Shown piece by piece: positions 33,901 to 44,760 of a stretch of DNA of 64,000 nt; within the stretch, counting starts at the first letter, position 1; each line of letters begins with the position of its first letter. Source of the DNA: Balanoglossus misakiensis (Eukaryota; Animalia; Hemichordata); the NCBI GenBank assembly GCA_040954595.2, contig CM082585.2, forward strand, positions 11,139,995-11,203,994. The letters run 5' to 3'. Under the pieces are notes generated by a model, which did no database searches, had not been told where the DNA came from, and saw nothing but the letters and a program-made list of their open reading frames with translations. The position numbers were made by a program, and so were the translations under genes.

Positions 33901-34340
33901 GTGACGTTTTGAATTGTTGGCCTATGTATCGTTTCCCTGCAAAGTGTGTACTACTGTTTTGCCTGAACCATCCACGTTTACATGCTGTAGGGTGACTTTA
34001 GTCGTCCTACCTGATTCGTTCGAGCCCAGTGGGCCAGGTGGCGTTGCAATCGATATGAACGGCGACTGTCTGTCAGCGTGACAAGTTGAGACAGCTGCTT
34101 GTCAAATTGCGCTTGTCTACTTTCCAGTGCGTTGCACCGAACATAGAGGTAGCAACAAGTTGCCGAAATCCCGGCAAAGAAAACCGCACACAGGAATAAC
34201 AACATCGCAGAAATAACTTCTCCCTTTAATATATTGGGTATGGATTTCTCTGCACACTTTTCCCGAAAATGTCCTGGTGGCGTACAGTTTTGCAGGTCCA
34301 CAGACGCCACGGAAATAGTCGTTTGCTTGGATTTGGACAT
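30905..34340 (-). CDS. TNF superfamily ligand A (type II TM, furin site, TNF domain)
   Basis: Exon 34340-34011 with TM; exon 33265-33190 with RHKR; short PGPRGPPG; SVHLTG exon; ISIQVSGYYYVYCQIMY exon; last exon SAYHGGVFFLQKDDRLYV...TYFGAFMV..* (TAG 30907-30905). Confidence 0.85.
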
Positions 34341-36642
34341 TTTGTTGTATATACACAGCACAATGGTGGCTGTAGTGTAGTTGTGTTCAGGATAGTATTT
34401 TGCGCGTCTCGTGTTGTAACACATGGGCGAACCCGCCTGTATACATGCACGAATGAACGATTTACTGGGCCTTGTTTTTTTTCCTTTGGTCGCCAGGGCA
34501 GCAGGATATTTTTGGGACCATAGATACATATAGGTTGCAACTTGCAAAACTAGGCCGTCCAGGACGCATTAGTTATAGGCTGGCGTCTTTGATTGGCCAA
34601 GTTTATTTTTGTCTTTTCTGGCTACCCGTACTTAGGTTCTGAGAAGCAGATGAAAGACACGCCCCTTGAAATCCCCGGGGAAGATATCCAATGACCACCG
34701 CTGCACACAAGCTGTCACTAATGCAGGTCACCCTCGCAGTTATCAACATGAATGTCTTTTTGGGGCGAGAACGGCTGACTTCAGCTCTGGCACAGATACG
34801 TTGTCTGTGGCGGCCATTTTGGTCCAATGTGTGTCGCTAAAGCCTCTCACGTGAACAGCTGTGATCATAATAAATATATGTCCCGCTTTCTCAGGGTAAT
34901 CAAAGTTGAATTTAGGGTACGTGGTGTCCGGGTTCTAGATTAAGGTAACAGAGATCGTAAATATGTACCAAGTTCTTTTATCGGAATCTAAGATACATTT
35001 AGGGCAGGGGTGTCCAGGTTGTTGACCACAGAAAAGATCACAGCTAAATAATTGCATAATCATGGGACGGATTGTTGCTTTGAAACCTGGGAATTGTATT
35101 AACAAAGCCTGGTTTTGGTTTCGATCGCATTTATCTTGTCACAATCGCTTTCTGCTCCGTACCCACTCAGATAAACCGTTTCACTGATAACAACGATCCA
35201 GTAAAGTACATAACGCATTCTGGCCAACCAGCCAGCATACAGAAACTGATGAGGAAATTCGATCAAACATTATTGGCCTTTCGTGGACTTTTGAAACATT
35301 CCTTATGTGCATTGCATATATCTCTTGTGACCCCTTTCATAAATTATTTTTGCAAATCAATTGAAAAGCTCTGCGTTACTTCAAAGCATGAGACTTATAT
35401 CATGATCTTGTCGCCCTTTGTAAAAATAATTTTATTTAATAAAAATACACGAAAAACACTTCTATAAAACAAATATAACTGTTAACACTAATATTACAGT
35501 TTTTGACTATATAAATTTTCATCTTCTCCATCAACTTTTGACAAAGTCAATGCAAAGTAAACGTATCATAATTTTATTTTATGATAACCCAGGTTACGTA
35601 TTTGTGCCATCTGACTTGTTTGAAAATATCACAGAATGTACCAAACGTGTTCGAGAAAGACATTCTGTTTCTTATATTGGAAAATTGGAAGACAGCACGA
35701 GGTCAACATTAATCAAAGTGCTGCAGTTAAGGGGCTTCGCGGTGTCTACTGGACCCTCCCTAAAGGGTCTTATTTACACCAGTGAACTTTTTTTTCTGAG
35801 ATTGTTGTTACGAGCTGGATTAGTTGGCAAATTGTCAAAATTTTCACGCAGTAGTTTTCCAACGTTCATGTTAGTGTTATGTGCTATTGCTCAGGTTTGA
35901 AGGAATACAATCTTTCATTACCACAAAGGGCCCGACTAGAGATTTCAGGCCAACACCCCACCCCACCCCCACCCCCACCGGTTACAGGCTAGGCTCGTTC
36001 TAGTAGACTTGGAGTCCGGCAACTACCGCACGGGGATGCTTCTATGTTGTCTAGGAAGCTTGGGGCATTTTTGTCGTGCCCTGCACGAACTGTCGTCTGC
36101 CGCTCATTAATTTCCATTGACCTTGCCATTATGACAGAGATTAATCGAAGCCTATCGTTACCAACGTGAACACTTCTGATTCTAAGTGCCATATGAGGGC
36201 ATGTCTAGTCTAGACGTTTATTATGTACTTGGCGGCTAGGAGCCTGAAATGTGTACAAAAATCTATATTTCCTGAAGTCCTATTTGACTTGTATCGCTCG
36301 CTCATCTGGTGTTTTTTAAAAGTTCATGAACCGGATACTCACTTTAAGAACACGAAATACAAGCGTTCGTTACTATTTACAAAGGGTGTTGACGGTTTTA
36401 TTGAGATAATACTTTAACTGTACTTAAATATAAACACTCGAATGGGACGGAGACTATTACCTGTCGATACAATGATACAGCCAAATTATGGAGCCCTCAC
36501 TTTTATGACTACCTTAATTGCAATACGTGGAAAAGGGATCATTTTATTGTTATATATTACTTCCTAACGATCACCGTCGTCCCAACAGGTATAGTTTTAC
36601 TTGAAACAACATTCAGGATTCAAATGGGCATATATTTTGTGT

Positions 36643-39574
36643 TTATTGCATGTAACACGTATCATGGACTTTAACTCTTTCCTTCAAAAACTTTGTCCCC
36701 TTCCTCTTTCCCAAACGTTTGATCTTCCTCAGTCGTTTGTCGAGGCTTTCGCCCGAGATCTCCAACCTCCACAATAGAGAGTCCATTTTGCTTTCCTTCA
36801 GACAATGTAGTGTAACATTCATGTATGTGTTCTTGTCATTCGGATGACAGGACTCTGGACACTGATGCACAGATTCGATTGAAATACACATTTTACCATG
36901 TGTTTTTTTCATTATGTGATGTAGCTCTGGTTGGCAGCTGACAGCAGTGTGCTGGGTAGTTGCCACAATGTGCCTTGTCTCTGGATTCTCATTGGCACTG
37001 TTCTCTTTGTAGAGTTCATCCAAGAAATCCTGCGGAACCGGCTGCTTTCCGTCGAAGTACACCAAGCCGAAGAAGGTCCCCTCCTTCTCATAGTGGATGT
37101 GAGTGCCTTGTTCTGGCACGACGATACACACAGTGTCATTGGCATTCAGAAGAAACATGCCAGCGCTGTGAGACGTTTGTTGGTCGGCTCCGTTCAACGA
37201 CACTAGGCTCTTCATGACGGCCTTGTTGCTGATATTTATGAAGTGACCAACAGTAAGGAGGTGATCATCATGGTAATGGATCTGACTGTAGATGTAATAT
37301 CGACCAGGAATCAATACTTTGATTTTGCCAGTTCTCCCATCGTACTTTAGAGACTCAGATGTGACTACCTGAGAATCTTGCCATGTTTTCAGAACTTCGT
37401 TTTTCTCTGTATGAGATAGAATGAGTGGATTTGCAAATCGTTAATTATTAGAAGTAATCTGGAAGAAGTTTGTTGTTGGAAAAGATAATTTCATTTCCTG
37501 TGTGAACATGGATGACTTAGCAAAATTTGAAAATCCAAAAATAAATGATTGCTATTTGTTTTGTTTTACTTACCACGCGTGGGACGAATCCCCAGATTTT
37601 TAGACTCAAGGTGAGCTGCTGGACGGGAAATTCTGTGTGTTACCTAAGATTACAAGTTAAAGGAACGGGTCAATATTTTGAGACACTATATTTGATATTT
37701 TTGTTCTTATGCAAAAACTACAAACTAAACCATGGTTGTGTTAACACTGTTAAGCCACACGTTTTCTGGACATAAACTATATAGTTTCTTCCTCCAAATA
37801 TTATGTACATACCGATGGTATAAGAAGCACTATTACTTCAAATCCGAGTGTTAGCAATAACTTACCAAATCTCGATTTACTTGACCGTCATGATACAACC
37901 AGGCAAGATATTCTTGAAACTGATCGAATCTACAATGGGTGGACGATCCACCTTAAAATAACAAATCGTGACGTCAAAACCTTGCTTATATGAAAATGTA
38001 CGGTTGGGCCTGGTGACGTCATCACAATTGGTGAATCCTGTTTTTTTTTTTGGGTACCCTTTAAAGGGATACAATCACCCTGAGTTTACATTTACTTGAT
38101 GGCGCATCTGTGACTGAATTAAATGAAAGTTATTCTGGCTGGTTTTCTAGGTTAAACTTTTCAGGTTATTAGGTCATTTATTTTGCAAGGTCACTGTAAC
38201 ATCTAGCCGCCATCCACTGATGCGCGTACGCGTTTTATTATGGCCAGTTTACAGTACTTCAGGTAAACCGAAATACTGATTTCAATGTACATGTAGTTCC
38301 AAAGAAACGCATTGAACGGAGACGCATAATGCCATAAGCCTTGACCAATCAGCGGACGTATGGCAGAATATGGAAATTTTCTCGCCGGAAGGGACGGCCC
38401 CTTATGACGCCATTCATAGAAAGGGAAATCCCCCTAGCATGTCAAAGTTCAAACTCTCTGTCAACGTGTGCGTATTGTGCGTAGCTGCAAAAAGTAATAT
38501 CCTACATATTCCTCATTTATTATGTCTGCCTTATAGAATTTATTATTGTTATTATTGCTGTTGTTGTTGTTGTTCGAATGGAGATATCGCTTGTACACCT
38601 GGTGTTTGCTGACCAACACAAAAGATAGAACCTGACCTGACTTGAACTTTGCCATTTTTCTAGACTGTACATTAGATATATGATTGTACAATGCACTCGG
38701 CATTTACGAGTATGTCAAGTGCATTGCGTAACCACATGTCGGCTGTGGCAATTTAAATGATATCATAAAGCTATCGCTTCCATTAGAAACACCTTCCACA
38801 TCAAATAAACAACCCCAGCTCCATTAGGTCACTCGGGTCAACGATGTTGTTTACAATCATGCTCAATAGTTGTGGCACGTCTTGTACAAAGCGTGATGTT
38901 TTAAAATTTAGACAGACGGCCATTTTTATACCCCTGGTCTGTTTTGCTCAAATGAACACAACTTTAAGATGAACTTAGCAAATAAAGCGACCTACCAGGC
39001 GAAAATAAGTCCCTATCGACACTTCTTTCAACGAGATGAATAGAGCGACCCTATTAAGACAAAAACACCAATAAAGAATTGTTTGAGTCACAGAAAGTGA
39101 TAACAATACTTGGCAGTTGCATAACATACACCATGCAGTTGGTCATCTTTAGGCGCACAAGGTGTTTTACGAATCTTCAGATTGAAAACAAATTCCTAAG
39201 CCATGCAGTGGAAATGAATGTGGTAGTTGGACAGTGCACGGGCACCTGTACGATTAAATTCGTTGTCCTGAAAACTTGAAACTTGAACTCACCTCATCCA
39301 CTTCCGGAAAGCCACCATCTTGTGCCTGATCTCGTTCATCGCGAGACTGGAAACCGACGTTCACATCTCTGTCGACCGTGTTCTCCATCATGTTTTCTAT
39401 TTTAACAACACGCATGAATACTGCAACAATGATCGTGGTCAGAGCGACAAACGCAATCGCATTCAGGATGGAAATGATGACCAACACATTCAATAGCTTT
39501 TGGCTCCCCATGTCTTGAGGTTGAGCAGAGTTTCCTTCAGTGTCAAACAAAGAGGTTGCATCCTTCGGTTTCAT
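36643..39574 (-). CDS. TNF superfamily ligand B with C-terminal vitellogenin-type Cys-rich extension
   Basis: Exon 39574-39293 with TM; small linker exons; RPAAHL exon (~37643-37574); last exon GKIKVLIPGRYYIYSQIHY...SHSAGMFLLNANDTV...TFFGLVYF, followed in frame by ~130 aa containing 6 Cys. Confidence 0.85.
38423..38432 (+). promoter_or_regulatory. NF-kB-like site in an intron of TNF gene B
   Basis: GGGAAATCCC matches GGGRNWYYCC. Confidence 0.4.
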
Positions 39575-40899
39575 TATCGAAATGCAAAGGAAAGTGACGT
39601 TTTTCAATATCTGATTTTTTGTAAACAGTGCCTCAACGTAAACAACGCTGAGCCCTGATGAACTCTTCCAGAGGTTAAAGTTCGATCAATGCAAACGACC
39701 TACATCTATCGGACCGCCTTCTTCTATGACTGACATATCGAACCACTATACATCTAATTCCAAGTACTACTTGGGGCGGTATTTATCAGTTTGCAACTTC
39801 AAAGAATCATAGTCATGCTTTTTAAAAAGAATTAGTTTTCCTTGAAATAGTCAGATATGCATTGCCTTATCCACAAACCAAATTGCGTGCACACTTTATT
39901 CAATCCCAAAGCAGCCTGTCTTGCAGACACAGTGGGTTTACTTCTCTGTCTCCTGCAAACGTCTGTGGATTTAGACTTACATTACTAAGAGTGGAGTGAC
40001 ACATCTGGAGTTATCCGGCTCTTGTGTGGCCAATGAGATTTGAGGATTTTTTTCATGACAAGATGTCAGCTCATCACGATGACAACTGTTGATTTGTAAA
40101 CAAGACTACTGAGGTAGGTGATCAGAGTATAAACTTGAGGACAAAGAGATATTCAAGCCAAAAATACCGGTTAAGATGAGGACCATCCTGTATTTACTGA
40201 AATAGATGGTCCTTGAAATGTCCAGAACAAGTGTGAGAATGCACATCGCAATCGAAGCTGTCCTTACCCTCTTGTGGGATTTTACTGCTTTTAGTTTCGA
40301 CCACACCACTGACAACAACAGGACGAAACCATTTTCATTTTGATAAAGGGCGTGTTGAGAACTTCGCCAGTTTCTGAATCGCTGGCCATTGTTAAATGTT
40401 ACAGCCAAACTGTTAAACAGTGATTATGTACTTCAAGGGATAAACGAGGTTGTCGTTTACCCAATCGACATGACCAGACTACACCAAACAAGAAAACAAA
40501 AATATGTCCCTTTGTATTCTAGCTTTCGTGGACCTTTCTTTATACCTGTACTTGATGTAAATTTCGAAAGTATATCGACTACAAAACCCTCATGCATGAA
40601 CTTTAGGCGGCAAAGTGAGAAAGAAACGACACACAGACGCAGTGAACAGAGAATGAAACTTGTTGATGAGTAACCTAACCTGTTCAAAGTTAAAGCCGCC
40701 ATATTGGATTTACTCAGAAATAATAATATTATCTAAACGGGTCTTCTGAGAAGACGCTTTGCAATGGGCGTTTAGCTCGCATGGAGATAAACTCAAAATC
40801 ATTGAGTTCACAGAATCTACTGATTCATGACATCAGGAAAACACAACACCGATAAAATATTTTAACCACTAATCGCCAAAAGAGGACAGCGAAGTATGC

Positions 40900-42803
40900 A
40901 TGAAACCCCTTTCCGTGTCGCAATGTTGATACGAACAACAACCTTCACTTCAGAAACAGTATAAACAGACTTGGTTATTCTGTAAATTGTAGAAAACGAC
41001 GGTTATGGACCACTCCAGCCCTTCTCCGTCAAACAAATGAAGCGATTTGTTTATTCTGGAGCATTACACCTGTTGTTCATTTATATGTAAATGTCTTTTC
41101 ACAGAATGAAAACCAATTCAAATGATTATATAATCGCACAGAAACCGAAAATGGGCACTCATATCGATCGAATGTAATGGGCGTCAGGGCATGGATTATG
41201 AATTGACAGATTGCACTGCCGAGAGGTCAAATGATAATCTGGCACGCTTTCACGACTGTCATGCAATCAATTCCCTCTATAAAGAATGGATTGATTTCAG
41301 CCTTCCAAATGCCTATTACTGAAAGGCCGCAGTTTGTGTAATCGAATGGGCGTGTGCATGCAGTTGTGGTGGACGGGTAAAGAATGAAAGAAGCCAAAAT
41401 CACAAACCATCTACCCACCTTCTTTGCATTATTACTCTTGTGCAGACATATGTCTTCAAGTAAACGGAACCAGTGTGGGCATTAAGTCTGGTGTCGCAGT
41501 GTTTTCCGTCTTCATCCTAGATCAACTGATTCTACATGTTTTGCCATGTATCGCTTACCTTCAGTCAACATTCTTCTTTTCTCAAAATTATCTCCACTTT
41601 TGGTGTGACTGTATACTTTCTTTGTGATGAGATCTTCATGAAATGAGGTAGAATCCGTGGAGTTTCGATTCAAAAACCTTCTTCTAAACACATGTCTTCT
41701 TATGAAATCCGTCAGCATTTTGATCCCATCTTCATAACAACTCCGTGAAGCTTGCTGCTCTTTATTTCTGTAACCAACGCAATAAGAAAATTCCCCAGTT
41801 ACAATCTTTGTTAAACTCTTCACAATACCAGAACCTTTATTGTAGTTTACAACACTACATGTGACCAGACTCTTTGTTCTCTTGGGACATTATCTATGAT
41901 AATGCACTGGTACCAGTGCAATATCTGGATATTGCACTGCACCTGGCATAATAAGATTCACTACAACAAACAAGATAGCTTTGACAGGAGGTGCTGCCTC
42001 CGGCGGGAAGAACTGCTTCCAGGTGCACACACTTGGTTCGTCCATCTTTCTTTGTCGTGATCTCTGCGCTGCAGGGCTCAACCTTTGGTTGGGGGTTCGT
42101 TTCTACCTCACACACGGATTCACCTGAAAGCTTGATTTTTTTCGACGTACCAAAACTTCCCTGAAGTGCCTACGCTGACGTACAATCGAACATTCCTGAT
42201 CAATATAAAACTACAAATTTACAAGTTCCGAGGAAAATGACAGAAAAATGGTACTTACAGACTGAGGATGTGCGCAATGGCGGCTGCAGGCCAGGAGAAA
42301 GGCACCCTTGATTTTCTGCAGGACACTTTCCATGACCGATGGTTTATGTACATTCTCTTCAATGAAGCTACCAAAATCTTGGAAAATCCAGTCCATATCG
42401 TAAAAGCTACGCCCTTCGCTTTCGCTTGGGTGTCGGAACGTGCTCCATGGGTAATGAAAAGCTCGTGCTCGTCGCTACTTTCGGCCATGGTGTTTGTCTG
42501 TCGAAGGTTGAGTTCCGAATGATGATGGAAACGTGGCACCTCAATGACCACGTGACAAATGCCCTGGTTGACAAGTATCCAATCGAAATGAGTCATACAC
42601 CAGGTGTATTTTGCGACGCTTGTGATTGGTTGATGTGGTTGAGAAGTTGTTTAGCATATATCAAGATCACAGATGTTGCGACGTATTGTAAGCCGGATAA
42701 TGTACTCGTGTCGTGCAATCGTTCAGATATTGAACGACACTCGGGCCTGCGGCCCTCGTGTCGTTCAATATCTGAACGATTGCACTCCACTCGTACATTA
42801 TCC
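40900..42803 (-). mobile_element. Degraded transposon-like element ending in a long palindrome (possibly Crypton/DUF3504-type)
   Basis: Fragmented minus-strand frames (MAESSDEHELFIT..., ..EKRRMLTEGK..) next to a 109-bp hairpin. Family assignment is a recollection-level guess and the left boundary is approximate. Confidence 0.3.
42695..42803. repeat. Long near-perfect inverted repeat (hairpin)
   Basis: ggataatgtac..gtgcaatcgttcagatattgaacgacac [tc gggcc tgc ggccc tc] gtgtcgttcaatatctgaacgattgcac..gtacattatcc. Confidence 0.92.
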
Positions 42804-44517
42804 TTTACTTACATACCCATAACTCCCAACCACTTTCCCCCACATTTGGTTTAGCACCAAAATACCATTCGTCTTTCCTCATCAGAAACAATTCTGCATC
42901 GTGTATACCTACTTCAGTAAGTGCACACATATTCGTGTAGGACATGTCTTGTCACGAGTCCCCCAATGTTATGAAATAAATACAAAGACGTAAGCAAATC
43001 AGTTGATGTAAAAAAAATCTTTATTTATTGCCTTCAGGAACATAAAACATGGTGACAGCTGAGTAAAGTTTATCTTGAATATAAAAAATTCACAAGGGTA
43101 AAATGGTTTAATAGGAAATCTGTAAGGATTTACTCTCATTGAGTTCCTTGCTTTATTATTGTCATTTTACATGAAAATATTCGACTTGAATACTAAATAT
43201 GTACAAAAATGATATTACAATCATCAAATTATATTGTTTTTCTAATGACAAACACTCATAATATTTTCACGGCGATGTCGAACGTTTGGCACACTGCGCT
43301 GAGATTCCAGGCAAACATTATTTGCCTGGTTACAGTTGCCACCCACTGACACGCTTGTGTCTGAAGTTATCAGCCAGCACGAACAATTGGAAGCGTCCTT
43401 GAACTGGCGGACGATGTGGCTGAACTGACAGACTTCAGACGTCGGGGATATAAAACACTGAGTTGGCCACTACTATGCCGGAAACAACTTTTAAAACCCC
43501 GGTACAGAAACTTTCCACACAGTTTTCATGATATTAGTTTCACAAGAAAGTAAAGTCGGGCCAATTGACTGTCCTACCCAATAGATGTGTACTATCTCGT
43601 TGATTCTAATTACACTCCCACATGAAATAATATGCAAATCATTTCTTGGTGTGCAGCTAAATATGACCTCCTTTGTGTACACCTTCATAGAAATCTAGCC
43701 ACTATATGTACCCAGCTACTTCAATGCTGCTTTACAAAGCGCTCAAGCTTATGTACAACAATGGCAATGTCAGATCAAAACAGAACAAAATTTTTGAATG
43801 GCAGCTATTTGATTTAGTATCATGTTTACTGCAGTGGCAGGTAAAGGCCGACATAGATTGCCATAGATATGCAATGTTAGAGGCAGTGAGAAAGTAAAAC
43901 TGGGCGATATTTTGCAAAGAAAAAATGCCACTAATATCATGATCATCAAACGCCTTCGAAATTTAAGAGTCTAATCTTCGCAATTTATGTAAAGACCAGT
44001 GGAACACAAGCCTTTACACTTTGTCTGTTAAAGGTAACTTTCATATAAAATGTATTTGAAAAGGCGAAATACAAGCTAAGTGACAGAAATGCTATTTACA
44101 ACGGCGTGTACAGACAGAAAGTGAAAGAGTGCGCAGAAGTGATTAAAACCACAACATGGTCTGATGATGAGATACAGAGGCTGAAAGGGGTAATATTGAT
44201 AAAAGAATATTTCCCAAAAAAAACAGATATTTTAAATTTTCTTAATTATAAGACAAGATCAATCTATTGTTTCAATTTGGTATAAATAATACACGACTAA
44301 TTTTATATGTAAATGTCGCTCTTGACCTTGCAGGATGGTAAGTCCTCGAGAGCGTGTTAATTGTGCTAAAGTCAGGCCACAGAACATTATGGAATGACAA
44401 TGCAGAAATGTAAATGTTTAAGACAATTTTGTGAGATTGTAATCCGTGTAAAATCACGTCTGTGGACAGATGGCATCAAAAGCAAATCAGGGCTGGTTAA
44501 GACATATGTACAAAATC

Positions 44518-44760
44518 TTATAATTTTAAAAGTCCCAAAAAATTGGCACCCTCTTCCCTTGATATTCCATTTGGGTTGCCTTGCTCGTCCACGGGTAGAA
44601 CGACAGATACAGTTTGGTGTGGTTGTATTAGTGTAATCCCGGCCGTGTAACATGAGTGGTACGGGTATTTCGACTCAAAGTACTTGCATGACAAGAATTT
44701 CTTTTTTCCAACATTCACCGAGTAGCCAACAAAGAGATTGTTGTCATCTTTAAAGGTCAC
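44518..44760 (-). CDS. TNF-C terminal exon T3
   Basis: acag|VTFKDDNNLFVGYSV...FLSC...YHSCYTAGI...ANFLGLLKL*. Confidence 0.85.
   Translation of the reverse strand: MTFKDDNNLFVGYSVNVGKKKFLSCKYFESKYPYHSCYTAGITLIQPHQTVSVVLPVDEQGNPNGISREEGANFLGLLKL

Noticed and set aside
43491-44457. Short minus-strand ORFs downstream of TNF-C T3
   Set aside because: No TNF similarity; consistent with 3' UTR ending near AATAAA at ~43023.
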